Part shown: positions 36,861-46,245 of the stretch, piece after piece
Position numbering within the stretch: position 1 is the first letter of the stretch
How the letters are laid out: each line of letters opens with the position of its first letter
Origin: Gemmatimonadota bacterium
GTDB lineage: Bacteria > Gemmatimonadota > Gemmatimonadetes > Gemmatimonadales > GWC2-71-9
Assembly: GCA_036679545.1 (NCBI GenBank)
Contig: JAZDDD010000466.1
Coordinates: 1 to 46,831, forward strand
DNA: 46,831 nt
Direction: 5' to 3'
The notes under the pieces: generated by a model
Told to the model about the DNA's origin: nothing
What the model saw: only the letters and a program-made list of their open reading frames with translations
The model's database searches: none
Translations under genes and position numbers: made by a program

Positions 36861-37676
36861 TTAATCCGATACACTCGATTCCATGGCAGCTGCACTTGGC
36901 CAGCTGCGCCCACCCAACACTTCTCGAACCTGCTTGGGCGTGACACCGCGATGCAACAGACCCCGCATCGCAATGGATATCTTTGACGTCTCCTCGGAAA
37001 CGACTATCACAATGGCGTCCGTCTCTTCGGACAATCCAAGCGCCGCTCGGTGCCTGGTGCCAAGGGTTTTATCCTCTACCGGGAATTGCGTCAACGGTAG
37101 AACACAACCTGCGGCGATAATTCGGTCTCCACGCACTATCACCGCCCCATCGTGTAGCGGCGAATACGGTGTGAATATAGTCGTCAGGAGATCGGCCGAT
37201 GCACCCGCATTCATCTCCTTACCGTTCTCCAAGTAATCGTTGAGGGATACGTCCCCCTCCACGGCGATGATGGCGCCAGCTCCGGTGCGCGACAGGTTGG
37301 AGGCAGCTTCTGCGATCTCGTCCGTAATGGTCTCCGAACCCGCCTGGCCAATGAACTGTATCGTGCGTGTACGGCCCAGCCGCGCCAATGCATGCCGCAG
37401 TTCGGGTTGAAAAAGGACCAATGCGCCGAAGGCTCCGTAGGTGGCCACTACTCCCAGCATCGTGGTGATCATGCTGAATTTGAGAATCAGTGCAGCAAAA
37501 TACACCACACCCAGTACAACGAGCCCCAACAAAATGGGCAACGCCCTGGTCCCCACGAGAAATAGCAGTACCCGATAGATGACCCACGCCACAATCAGGA
37601 TCTCGAGGACATCCGCGAACCCCGGGAGGAGGAACCGAAATCGCTCGAGATCCACGATTAGATACCGATCGCGCAC
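36861..37676 (-). CDS. cdaA: diadenylate cyclase CdaA (c-di-AMP synthase)
   Basis: 271 aa with 3 N-terminal TM helices, then a DAC domain: GAGAIIAVEGD, PLHDGAVIVRGDRIIAAGC.LPL, LGTRHRAALGLSEETDAIVIVVSEETSKIS. Confidence 0.92.
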   Translation of the reverse strand: MRDRYLIVDLERFRFLLPGFADVLEILIVAWVIYRVLLFLVGTRALPILLGLVVLGVVYFAALILKFSMITTMLGVVATYGAFGALVLFQPELRHALARLGRTRTIQFIGQAGSETITDEIAEAASNLSRTGAGAIIAVEGDVSLNDYLENGKEMNAGASADLLTTIFTPYSPLHDGAVIVRGDRIIAAGCVLPLTQFPVEDKTLGTRHRAALGLSEETDAIVIVVSEETSKISIAMRGLLHRGVTPKQVREVLGGRSWPSAAAMESSVSD

Positions 37677-38827
37677 GCGACGGCGAGTGCGGCGACGGTT
37701 TTTCGAACGTCGTGAACCCTAAAAAGCCGTGCGCCGCGGTGATACGCGGACACGCATACGGCTGCCGTCAAGTCATCCACTAGTTCTTCTCCATTATCCA
37801 CGACTTCTCGCACGAACCGTTTGCGAGACGGTCCCACCATCACAGGACACCCCAACGAGTCGAGCGTCGTAAGACGCCGAAGCACCGTGTAGTTGTCATC
37901 GCGGCGTTTCGAGAACCCCAAGCCAGGGTCAACGACGACGGCGTCCGGACGGACACCTGCCTGGCGGGCATAATCCACCTGTGACTTTAACTCCTGGCAC
38001 ACCTCACTTGTGACGTCTTGGTAATCGGCATGATCATACGTGGCCATATCCCGAACCGTACCGCGCGAGTGCATGAGTACGACACCGGCTTTACCGGCCG
38101 CACACACGGATGCCATCTCGGTGTCGAGTCGAAAACTTGAAACGTCGTTAATGATCCAAGCCCCATGCTCCAGTGCGTGTTTGGCTATTTCCGCTTTGAC
38201 GGTATCGACACTAATGGCAACCTCAGGGAAATGTCGAACGAGTGCACTCAGAACAGGTTCGAGTCGTTCCCATTCCACGGCAGGCGCAACCGGTTCCGGC
38301 CTCCCTGGACGGGTGGATTCGGCACCCACGTCTATCACCGCGGCACCCGCGTGCAACATCGCCTCCGCGTGCCGGAGCGCATTGTCGGCCTTGAGGAATT
38401 GTCCGCCGTCGCTAAACGAGTCCGGAGTCACGTTCAGGATACCCGCGACGAGGGGACGATCCAAGTCTAAAACCCCTCCTGCCGTTCGCCACGTGGTGGG
38501 CCGTTCCACAAACCCACGCAGTTGCGACCCAAGCAGCACGGCTATCTCATCGGGTAGCAAAGTGTGTCCCGGTCTGGTCAAGCCGGCCACCCGGGAAAGA
38601 CCACCCGCGAGCAACGCCCACCCGTCACCGGTCAGACATTCAACGCCAACGGTTCGCGAGGCGTCGGCAACCCGCTCGCGGGCATCTGCAGCGATGCCGT
38701 CGATGAGAAAGGAAACTGATTCTAAACCACGGGCCGCGGCATCTGCGCGGCCCGGATCCCACCCCCGTTGTACGAGAGCATCACTGAGGACTGAAGGTTG
38801 TTGCGGAACGAGAGGGAAAACCCTCAC
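37658..38827 (-). CDS. folP: dihydropteroate synthase with ~115-aa N-terminal extension
   Basis: 389 aa. The DHPS core starts at VAGILNVTPDSFSDGG, then IIDVGAESTRPG, ISVDT, INDVS, VLMH, DPGLGF.K. The N-terminal 115 aa have no motif I recognise. Confidence 0.9.
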   Translation of the reverse strand: MRVFPLVPQQPSVLSDALVQRGWDPGRADAAARGLESVSFLIDGIAADARERVADASRTVGVECLTGDGWALLAGGLSRVAGLTRPGHTLLPDEIAVLLGSQLRGFVERPTTWRTAGGVLDLDRPLVAGILNVTPDSFSDGGQFLKADNALRHAEAMLHAGAAVIDVGAESTRPGRPEPVAPAVEWERLEPVLSALVRHFPEVAISVDTVKAEIAKHALEHGAWIINDVSSFRLDTEMASVCAAGKAGVVLMHSRGTVRDMATYDHADYQDVTSEVCQELKSQVDYARQAGVRPDAVVVDPGLGFSKRRDDNYTVLRRLTTLDSLGCPVMVGPSRKRFVREVVDNGEELVDDLTAAVCVSAYHRGARLFRVHDVRKTVAALAVACAIGI

Positions 38828-40803
38828 GCGCCGGCAGGCTCCGCGCCAGGGGAACCGAGGACAGGGCCGGTAGATTCTTTCCGTGGCGCCGGTGTCTTGG
38901 GCACGACCGGCGGAAGTTCCGGTTCCGGCGGAGGCCGATCGGGAAGTTTTTCGCCACGACCGAGAGCCTCAACTTCGGCCCGGTCGATAGTCTCACGCTC
39001 GAGCAGCGCGTTGGCCATTGCGTGAAGCACACTCGTTTGCTCGTTGAGGATGTCTGTGGCCCTCTGGTAGGCGTTGTCCAGAATACGTTTGATCTCGGTA
39101 TCGACGATTTCGGCCGTTTTCTCCGACACCTCACGATGTTGCCCGAATTCCCGACCGAGAAAGATCTGCTGTTCCTTTTCACCAATGGCAACTGGCCCGA
39201 CAACGTCACTCATGCCAAACTGTGTCACCATCCGACGAGCCAACTCCGTGGCGTGTTCGATATCTTGGGCAGCACCGGTCGTGACTTTTTCCGCACCAAA
39301 GATGATCTGCTCGGCCACGCGTCCACCATATGCCATGGCCAGTTTCCCGTGCATGTACTCCTTCGTAAGGTTGTGCCGGTCTTCTTCAGGGAGCGAGAAG
39401 GTCAAACCCAACGCGCGACCCCGAGGTACAATGGTCACCTTGTGTACGGGGTCGAGTCCCGGGACAAACAAACTCACGACGGCATGACCCGCCTCGTGGT
39501 AGGCAGTCAACCGAAGTTCTTCTTCGGATATCTGGAGACTCCTCCGCTCGATGCCGAGCATCACCTTATCCTTGGCATCTTCCAGGTCGATCATCATGAC
39601 ACGCTGACGGTTGCGTCGAGCGGCCAACAGTGCGCCTTCGTTCACAAGGTTCGCCAAGTCGGCACCGGCCATGCCCGGTGTGCCCTTGGCGATCACACCC
39701 AGATCGACGCCATCATCCAGCGGAACCTTTCGCGCATGTACCTTGAGGATCATCTCGCGCCCGCGAATGTCAGGCATATCGACAACGATTTGCCGATCGA
39801 AACGACCGGGGCGGAGTAAGGCCGGGTCGAGTACGTCTGGACGGTTGGTAGCAGCAAGCAGAATCACACCCTCGTTCGACTCAAAACCATCCATTTCCAC
39901 AAGCAATTGATTCAGTGTTTGCTCGCGTTCATCATGTCCACCGCCTAGTCCCGCACCTCGATGACGACCGACGGCATCGATCTCGTCGATGAAAATTAGA
40001 CACGGTGCGTGTGCTTTTCCCTGCTCAAACAAATCGCGGACTCGAGACGCGCCAACACCAACAAACATTTCTACGAAATCGGACCCGGACATGGAAAAGA
40101 AGGGTCGCCCCGCTTCACCGGCGACCGCCTTTGCCAGCAACGTCTTGCCGGTCCCGGGTGGACCAATCAACAAAGCCCCTTTGGGAAGACGCCCACCCAA
40201 TCGTTGGAATTTCTGTGGATCCTTGAGGAACTCGATGATCTCCTGCAGTTCGACCTTAGCTTCATCCGCACCGGCCACATCACCGAAAGAGATCTTTGGC
40301 GTGTCCCCAGTCAGGAGCTTGGCTTTGGACCGGCCAAACTGGAAGGCTCGGTTGCCACCTTGTTGCACTTGCCGGAAGAAAAACACCCACAAGCCGATGA
40401 GAATGACCCATGGCAACATTTGGAGAAAGATGGCCCCGAACGACGGTTTGGGTTCTTTGCCTCGGATAGTGATGCTTTTGTCTTCCAGACGTCCCAAGAT
40501 TACTTCGGAATCCTGGATGGGCAGGATCACGCGAAAGGACTGTACCGTCCTGCCATCCTCCATAATCTGCCGGTTGAATTCACCCTCCACGAACTTTCCA
40601 CCGGTGATCTCCACTTCGCTGATGTTGTCAGCCTCCAGCTGGACGCGGAACGTGGAGTAGGAGATCTCGGCGTAATCTTGATCGTCTGACGCCAGCATTC
40701 GGTAAAACGCGAACGGCAACAAAATAACCAACAGCCAGAAGACCATGTTTTTACTGATAGTATTCCAATTCATCTTTCGATTCGGCGATTGCATATCAGC
40801 CAC
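38824..40803 (-). CDS. ftsH: ATP-dependent zinc metalloprotease FtsH
   Basis: 659 aa. Two TM helices, Walker [19 protein letters not shown], Walker [12 protein letters not shown] region, and zinc site HEAGHAV. Confidence 0.96.
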   Translation of the reverse strand: MADMQSPNRKMNWNTISKNMVFWLLVILLPFAFYRMLASDDQDYAEISYSTFRVQLEADNISEVEITGGKFVEGEFNRQIMEDGRTVQSFRVILPIQDSEVILGRLEDKSITIRGKEPKPSFGAIFLQMLPWVILIGLWVFFFRQVQQGGNRAFQFGRSKAKLLTGDTPKISFGDVAGADEAKVELQEIIEFLKDPQKFQRLGGRLPKGALLIGPPGTGKTLLAKAVAGEAGRPFFSMSGSDFVEMFVGVGASRVRDLFEQGKAHAPCLIFIDEIDAVGRHRGAGLGGGHDEREQTLNQLLVEMDGFESNEGVILLAATNRPDVLDPALLRPGRFDRQIVVDMPDIRGREMILKVHARKVPLDDGVDLGVIAKGTPGMAGADLANLVNEGALLAARRNRQRVMMIDLEDAKDKVMLGIERRSLQISEEELRLTAYHEAGHAVVSLFVPGLDPVHKVTIVPRGRALGLTFSLPEEDRHNLTKEYMHGKLAMAYGGRVAEQIIFGAEKVTTGAAQDIEHATELARRMVTQFGMSDVVGPVAIGEKEQQIFLGREFGQHREVSEKTAEIVDTEIKRILDNAYQRATDILNEQTSVLHAMANALLERETIDRAEVEALGRGEKLPDRPPPEPELPPVVPKTPAPRKESTGPVLGSPGAEPAGA

Positions 40804-40806
40804 GCA

Positions 40807-41361
40807 CTATTCCTTAATACTCGCAATGAAAGGTAAGTGTCTGAAATTCTCTGCGTGATCCAGACCGTACCCGACGAGAAAAGCATGTGGTGCGTCGAAG
40901 CCAACAAAGCGGACGTCCGACGCAGTACCGTTGGCGATTCGCTTGTGCAATAAGGTGCAAATCTCCAAACTCTCTGGCTCCCGACCCATCAATAACTGGA
41001 CCAGACGGGCCATCGTGTTTCCTGAATCAACTATGTCCTCCACTAATAATATGTGCTTACCCCGTAGATTAGTTTCCGGATCGTACAAAAGCCGAACATC
41101 GCCCGAGGATTTTGTCCCCGCCCCATAAGAGGCGACCCTCAAGAAATCGATCTGGAGCGGTCGCAAGATCCGTCGAACCAGATCCGCCTGGAAGACAAAA
41201 CTGCCCTTCAGGAGACCGAGCACCAGGAGATCGCCGTCAGGGTAAAATTCAGTTATCTCCGCACCGAGCTGTTCCACGCGCTTTGCAATGGTGTCCTCGT
41301 CGAAAATGACTGAGTCGATGGCGTAACCGCCGACACGCCTCAGATCAGCAGCGGCAGGCAT
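40807..41361 (-). CDS. hpt: hypoxanthine phosphoribosyltransferase
   Basis: From ATG 41361: PRPP-binding motif ILLVEDIVDSGNT. The tilS-hpt-ftsH order is conserved. The longer ORF runs to 41397. Confidence 0.9.
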   Translation of the reverse strand: MPAAADLRRVGGYAIDSVIFDEDTIAKRVEQLGAEITEFYPDGDLLVLGLLKGSFVFQADLVRRILRPLQIDFLRVASYGAGTKSSGDVRLLYDPETNLRGKHILLVEDIVDSGNTMARLVQLLMGREPESLEICTLLHKRIANGTASDVRFVGFDAPHAFLVGYGLDHAENFRHLPFIASIKE

Positions 41362-42712
41362 CAATACGAATAGCCTTCTCGCCGGCCTGTGGCACATCTA
41401 GATCCGACCGACAGATACCGGGTAACCAAAGGACCTCGTTTCCCCTCGTGAGGACAGGATGATTTGACCTGTCGGGCCACGGAACTCTGCCTTCCATTAA
41501 TACGCGACTCACCTTCCGTCTTCCCTGGCCGTCAAGGGGCCGAATCCTGTCACCGGGATGGGGAACACGAATTTCACCAGAACCGCATGTCACCCAAGTG
41601 ACCATCGATGCTCGCTGGGTGGCCGTTGCCGCCGCCGGACACCATGACATGAGCCATCCCCCCCAACGAACCTCGCCCTCCTCAGTTTCACCCCACTCTT
41701 GCGGTTGGCAATCTGTTTTGGTGCCAATGTCGCCCGGTCTTCGGATTCGCAGGTCGTCAAAGACCGTTTCGAGTACCCATCCGTGACCCAATTCAAAAGT
41801 CCGTCCGCTCGGCGCGTGACGGGCAGACGACCAGACGCGCCGAGCCCTGTCAGGACCCAACACACAGCCGACCTCTCGCGCTGCAGCCCGGAGAAGCGCC
41901 TGGGAAAGCCTTGGATCATACTGATGGAGGGTATCCCGAGCAACCTGAATACAGTCATCGGAAACTTGCATGCGAAGCGAGGGCATTTCTCGTAGCACCA
42001 CACCCCACGCATTTCGATCGTCCGAGGCGTTGCTGGCCACCTCCAGCAGCGCGGTATCTACTCGACCTTCAAACCGGGCATTTGCCAATGGCAGCAGAAC
42101 AGCACGGACCCACGAACGGTCGTGTGCGTGATCGACATTGCTCGGGTCCTCGTGAATGGCTAACTCGATATCCGCAATGTGTTCGCTGCGCCGAAGCCAT
42201 CCACCAATTTCACCTTTGTGAAAACCAAGCAACGGTCGAACGAGCCCGCACGGACCCATTGCGGGGATTCCCGAAAGACCCGCCAAACCGGACCCTCGCA
42301 AGAACCGAAGCATGACCGTCTCAATCTGATCATCGGCATGGTGTGCGGTAACAAGGTAGTGGCAATCGGCTTTTTGCTGCATCGTACGGAGTGCGTCATA
42401 GCGCGCCTGACGCGCCTTTGTCTCAGATGTGTTGGGACCGAGGTGGACCGCTTGGCAAAGCACAGGAACACCGATGTGATCCGCCAACTTTTTGACCTGC
42501 GCCGCCACCGTCGCGCTCCCCGGCTGAATACCATGATCCACATGACCGATCACGATCTCGAGCCGCAGCTTGGACGCTATCCGACGTACCAGGAGCGCCA
42601 ATGCGACCGAATCCGGACCTCCACTGACGGCGACTAGGGCACGGCCAGGCTGGGTGAAAAGGCCGGCAGTGCGAATATGGTTCAGTAGGCGGCGGTGTAG
42701 CGGCAGGTCCAT
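41345..42712 (-). CDS. tilS: tRNA(Ile)-lysidine synthase
   Basis: From ATG 42712: PP-loop VAVSGGPDSVAL, then HHADDQIETV. Has the C-terminal TilS domain. The longer ORF runs to 42772. Confidence 0.9.
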   Translation of the reverse strand: MDLPLHRRLLNHIRTAGLFTQPGRALVAVSGGPDSVALALLVRRIASKLRLEIVIGHVDHGIQPGSATVAAQVKKLADHIGVPVLCQAVHLGPNTSETKARQARYDALRTMQQKADCHYLVTAHHADDQIETVMLRFLRGSGLAGLSGIPAMGPCGLVRPLLGFHKGEIGGWLRRSEHIADIELAIHEDPSNVDHAHDRSWVRAVLLPLANARFEGRVDTALLEVASNASDDRNAWGVVLREMPSLRMQVSDDCIQVARDTLHQYDPRLSQALLRAAAREVGCVLGPDRARRVWSSARHAPSGRTFELGHGWVLETVFDDLRIRRPGDIGTKTDCQPQEWGETEEGEVRWGGWLMSWCPAAATATQRASMVTWVTCGSGEIRVPHPGDRIRPLDGQGRRKVSRVLMEGRVPWPDRSNHPVLTRGNEVLWLPGICRSDLDVPQAGEKAIRIDACRC

Positions 42713-42731
42713 GCGTGAAGATTCTGCGATT

Positions 42732-42759
42732 TTGGAATATGATTCAATCAAAGTACAAT
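42732..42759 (+). promoter_or_regulatory. candidate sigma70-type promoter (TTGGAA-16 nt-TACAAT) for the flavin reductase gene
   Basis: TTGGAA at 42732-42737 and TACAAT at 42754-42759, in the AT-rich 76-nt divergent intergenic region between tilS and the plus-strand gene starting at 42789. Confidence 0.35.
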
Positions 42760-42788
42760 CAACTAATACCACAATTCTCAGATTTCAT

Positions 42789-43379
42789 ATGACGAATCTC
42801 ATGGACCAAACCTACGACCTTCTACGCCACCTCACCTCCCCGATCGTCGCCATTACGTCTCGCCGCGGTAACGAAGTAAACGGTATGATTGCAAATAGCG
42901 CGTCCCGAGCGTCCCTGTCAAAAGAAAAACCTCGCGTGTCAGCCTACATCCACAAGTTCAACTACTCGCACGACATGATCTTCGAATCGGGCCGGTTTGT
43001 TATGCATGTCCTCGGTGAAGAAGACCTAGTGACCGTGGATCGGTTGGGGTTCGCCTCGCGACGCGACGGACCAAAGATGCAGGACATCACCTATTCAACC
43101 GGCGAACTCGGCCTGCCCGTACTGGACAATTGTTACTGCTATTTCGAATGCGACGTGGTCAACGTGATGGATACCGGCGGGTCCACCTTATTTCTGGGCG
43201 CCGTACGACACACCGCACGCGGGAACCGTGAGCGCCCCATGACACCTACGTACATGCGCGATGCCATTTCTGATGAACGGAGGCGGGAGTATGTTGAAAA
43301 TCTCGCCATTGCGCAGCGACAGGCCACCGAGCGTGCCGATGAGATGCGGGCGGTGGTGTGGCGCGGGTTACCCCGTTAA
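42789..43379 (+). CDS. flavin reductase-like FMN-binding domain protein
   Basis: 196 aa from ATG 42789 (MTNLMDQTYDLLRHLTSPIVAITSRRGNEVNGMIANSASRASL...), matching the flavin-reductase-like split-barrel pattern. The ORF-track start at 42570 would overlap tilS. Confidence 0.65.
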   Translation: MTNLMDQTYDLLRHLTSPIVAITSRRGNEVNGMIANSASRASLSKEKPRVSAYIHKFNYSHDMIFESGRFVMHVLGEEDLVTVDRLGFASRRDGPKMQDITYSTGELGLPVLDNCYCYFECDVVNVMDTGGSTLFLGAVRHTARGNRERPMTPTYMRDAISDERRREYVENLAIAQRQATERADEMRAVVWRGLPR

Positions 43380-43837
43380 GCGCTGGCCCTTTTTTTTGCT
43401 TGAGCCAGAAAACCCGGTCGCACGTCCAGCAACTTTGATACACGTCGCATGAGGGACGTTTCGTGTTTCGCGACGACACCATCGGCAAAGACCAACCCCC
43501 ACATGGCCTCCAACAGAACCATCTTTTGCCCGTCATCGTAGTCACGCGCAATCAATGAGGTAAACTGAAATAGGTCGATTGCCTGAACACGCTCCGAGTT
43601 GGCCAGTGCGATGAGATCTCGCGTGGTCTCTTCGTCTAGATTGAAATGGCGTTGGATGGTCGTTTCGAGATGCGCTCGCTCCGAATCGGAAAATTCATCG
43701 TCGGCATACGCCAGTTCCAACAACAACGCGCAGGCCGCGACGTGGATCTTTGGCGGACCTTGCTGCACAGGTTGTGTCTGTGCATCCGGTGGTTCGGACA
43801 TCTTGTTCGTGAAGAACGACTTGATGGCGTCCAGCAT
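43376..43837 (-). CDS. TerB-family (tellurite-resistance TerB-like) protein
   Basis: 153 aa: AACALLLELAYADDEFSDSERAHLETTIQRHFNLDEETTRDLIALA.. is a typical TerB helical-bundle pattern. Its stop overlaps the convergent flavin reductase stop (TTAA). Confidence 0.6.
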   Translation of the reverse strand: MLDAIKSFFTNKMSEPPDAQTQPVQQGPPKIHVAACALLLELAYADDEFSDSERAHLETTIQRHFNLDEETTRDLIALANSERVQAIDLFQFTSLIARDYDDGQKMVLLEAMWGLVFADGVVAKHETSLMRRVSKLLDVRPGFLAQAKKRASA

Positions 43838-43887
43838 GGTGACTCACCATTCCCAAAAAGTTTAGACTCCGCATTGAATTTACAACG

Positions 43888-44565
43888 TCACCCCGCATTT
43901 AGCTGAGTGATGTCTTCCAACGACTTGCGTTTGAGGTCGGGAACACGCGCGTCCGCCGCCGCGTAACCCACGGGAAAAAGAATAAATGGCTTCTCGTTGG
44001 ACGGCCGCTTGAGAAGACGGGACAGAAACCCCATCGGGCTGGGCGTGTGCGTCACCGTGGCCAAGCCCATGTGATGGAGCGCCGCGATAAAAAACCCGCA
44101 CGCTATGCCCACGCTCTCGTTGACGTAGTAGTTGGTGATCTTTCGATTCTGATCGTCTCGACCGGTGGACTCTTTGAAAACTATCACCAAATACGGGGCG
44201 ACATCGAGGAACGGTTTGCGCCAATCAGTACCGAGCGGTGCGAGGGCGTCGAGCCATTCTTGCGGGAAGCGGCCCTCGTAGCCCTCGCGCTCTTCTTTCT
44301 CCGCTTCGACCCGGATTTGAGATTTGAGATCGGCGTCATCCACCACCACGAACTTCCACGGTTGGCGGTGCGCACCCGAAGGCGCAGTGCCGGCTGTCTT
44401 GATCGCCAGATCGATGCACTCACGTGGCGGGACTTCGCTGGTGAACTCCCGGACGGTACGTCTGCGGTTCATGGTCTCATAAAATGCACGGCCCCTGGGC
44501 ACCATCTCGGCCGTCGGCAACCGCGTGAATTCGAGTGGTGCAAACTTCGGTTGATTTCCCTTCAT
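43888..44565 (-). CDS. nitroreductase-superfamily flavoprotein, iodotyrosine deiodinase (IYD)-like
   Basis: 225 aa, colinear with mammalian IYD as I recall it: AFYETMNRRRTVREF, TAGTAPSGAHRQPWKFVVV, EAEKEEREGYEGR, DWRKPFLDVAPYLVIVFK, YYVNESVGIACG, LATVTHTP, LFPVGY..ADARVPDLKRK. Confidence 0.75.
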   Translation of the reverse strand: MKGNQPKFAPLEFTRLPTAEMVPRGRAFYETMNRRRTVREFTSEVPPRECIDLAIKTAGTAPSGAHRQPWKFVVVDDADLKSQIRVEAEKEEREGYEGRFPQEWLDALAPLGTDWRKPFLDVAPYLVIVFKESTGRDDQNRKITNYYVNESVGIACGFFIAALHHMGLATVTHTPSPMGFLSRLLKRPSNEKPFILFPVGYAAADARVPDLKRKSLEDITQLNAG

Positions 44566-44657
44566 CGTCGCTCCTCACGGGACGTCGCACTTTAGCACCA
44601 GGTCTGGAACGGTACCAGTGAGGAGCACAGATCGATCCCCGGGCCTCACCGCGTAGG

Positions 44658-45122
44658 TTAGGAGCCGACGCGTTGTTTGGTCAGGATTCGATCCACGGAA
44701 TACGCGCCACTGCCACGCATTGCCAGGACCGCCACGATCGCAAATACGAGCAAGTGGTATTCGAATCCCTCTCCGGCCTGCGCTCCCGACCAGTTCATGA
44801 AGAAGCCATTGCCAAAGTGAACGGTGGATACGGCACCAAACATGACGACACCCACGCCGAGCGCGGCAAGCCGACCAAAGGCCCCCGCCAACAACGCGAG
44901 TGAACCAAAAAATTCGATGGCGATGACGAGGTAACTGACCACCGACGGAATACCGATCGATCCGAGGAACTGAACCGTTCCGGCAACGCCGCCACCACCG
45001 AACCATCCCAACAGTTTTTGCGCCCCGTGCGGAAACATGACTAACCCAAGCACAACACGCAGAATCAACGAAGTCCAATTGTCATCCGTACGGGTGATTT
45101 TGTCCAATATCATCTCTACCAT
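44658..45122 (-). CDS. DoxX-family membrane protein
   Basis: 154 aa with 4 TM helices: ILRVVLGLVMFPHGAQKLLGWFGG.G... Confidence 0.8.
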   Translation of the reverse strand: MVEMILDKITRTDDNWTSLILRVVLGLVMFPHGAQKLLGWFGGGGVAGTVQFLGSIGIPSVVSYLVIAIEFFGSLALLAGAFGRLAALGVGVVMFGAVSTVHFGNGFFMNWSGAQAGEGFEYHLLVFAIVAVLAMRGSGAYSVDRILTKQRVGS

Positions 45123-45204
45123 CCTTTGTTCGTGGAGGGTTTTAAATGAGGATATTTCCGTGGATCCATGTGCAACGTAGAATCTGATCTACGGTGGATG
45201 TCAG

Positions 45205-45651
45205 TCATCGTGATCCAGGGAACTGCACGCCGAACTCCGCTCCGATCTCGATATAACGCTCGGGATCGGCCGCCATTTTCGAAAACATGGGCGCGATTGC
45301 TCCCGGCGCAAACAACATCAGCATGCGTGCAGGGACGTCGGTACGGTTTTGGAAATTATGTTTCGCCCCGCGCGGAATGTGAAGAAATGTCCCGGGGCCC
45401 GCTTCGATCTCGCCCTCATCGGACCAAAACGTGACATGCCCTTCTAGGATATAAAAGCCCTCTTCTTCGCGTGTTTGAATGTGGGGCGGTGGTCCCCCGC
45501 CGGGTGGCACGATTGCATCAATCAGGGCATAACTGCCGTTCGTGTCGGAGTCCGTAGCCAGCATCCGATAGACATCGCCGGCGCCGTGCACGACTGTCGC
45601 ATCGTCCTCGGGACGCAAAACGCTCACCTTGCTCATGTTTCTCATCCTCAT
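45205..45651 (-). CDS. cupin-domain protein
   Basis: 148 aa. Cupin motifs PPGGGPPPHIQTREEEGFYILEG and GTFLHIPRGAKHNFQN. Confidence 0.75.
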   Translation of the reverse strand: MRMRNMSKVSVLRPEDDATVVHGAGDVYRMLATDSDTNGSYALIDAIVPPGGGPPPHIQTREEEGFYILEGHVTFWSDEGEIEAGPGTFLHIPRGAKHNFQNRTDVPARMLMLFAPGAIAPMFSKMAADPERYIEIGAEFGVQFPGSR

Positions 45652-45703
45652 TAGTTGGCGTGATCATATTTTGCATGCTGACCTTTTGTCCAAAGAAACT
45701 GAA

Positions 45704-46165
45704 TTACTCGTCAAATCCGACCTTCTCCAAAAGCGTGGTCAGCGTCCGCAATTCCCGCACGTTGAGCCTACTCATCAATTCCCGGTCCATTCGATCCGTT
45801 GGTTCGTCGAGCGAATTGACAACGGCCAACCCTGACGTGGTCAGCGTGCAATCCACTCGTCGCCGATCTTCTTTGGATGGTCGCCGTTCGACAAGTTTCT
45901 GTTTTTCGAGCCGATCGATCAGGCGGGTAATCGAGGGTTCGCGAAAAATCATTCGATCCCGAATAGTCATGATTGGTAAACTTCCGGCAGCCCCTCGGAG
46001 AATCCGAAGCACGTTATACTGGGCCGCACTCAGCCCCTCTTCGTGGAAAATTCCGCCCGCCTGCCGTCTGAGACGAGCCGCCGCCTGGAACACAGCGACC
46101 AATGCCTTTTGTTGTTTCGAGATCTTCGGGGTAGCCACCAAATCCTTTAACTCCAATTTGCTCAT
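45704..46165 (-). CDS. MarR-family transcriptional regulator
   Basis: 153 aa winged-HTH: GLSAAQYNVLRILRGA....MTIRDRMIFREPSITRLIDRLEKQKLVERRPSKEDRRRV. Confidence 0.88.
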   Translation of the reverse strand: MSKLELKDLVATPKISKQQKALVAVFQAAARLRRQAGGIFHEEGLSAAQYNVLRILRGAAGSLPIMTIRDRMIFREPSITRLIDRLEKQKLVERRPSKEDRRRVDCTLTTSGLAVVNSLDEPTDRMDRELMSRLNVRELRTLTTLLEKVGFDE

Positions 46166-46184
46166 TTGAATCCCTTGGCAATTA

Positions 46185-46214
46185 ACTTAGCATGCAAACA
46201 ATTAGCATGTCAAC
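46185..46214. promoter_or_regulatory. tandem 15-bp repeat, candidate MarR operator
   Basis: ACTTAGCATGCAAAC (46185-46199) is immediately followed by AATTAGCATGTCAAC (46200-46214), with 12 of 15 positions identical. The first copy contains the palindrome GCATGC. It lies 20-50 nt upstream of the marR start codon (46165). Confidence 0.35.
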
Positions 46215-46245
46215 GATTATGGCTTTCGCAAAGATGGAAAGCCCC

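Noticed and set aside
43390-43397. T8 run preceded by a weak CTGGC/GCCAG stem, looking like a terminator for the plus-strand flavin reductase gene
   Set aside because: It lies inside the convergent TerB-like coding sequence, where it encodes the ...AQAKKRASA C-terminus on the other strand. The stem is only 5 bp with a 16-nt loop.
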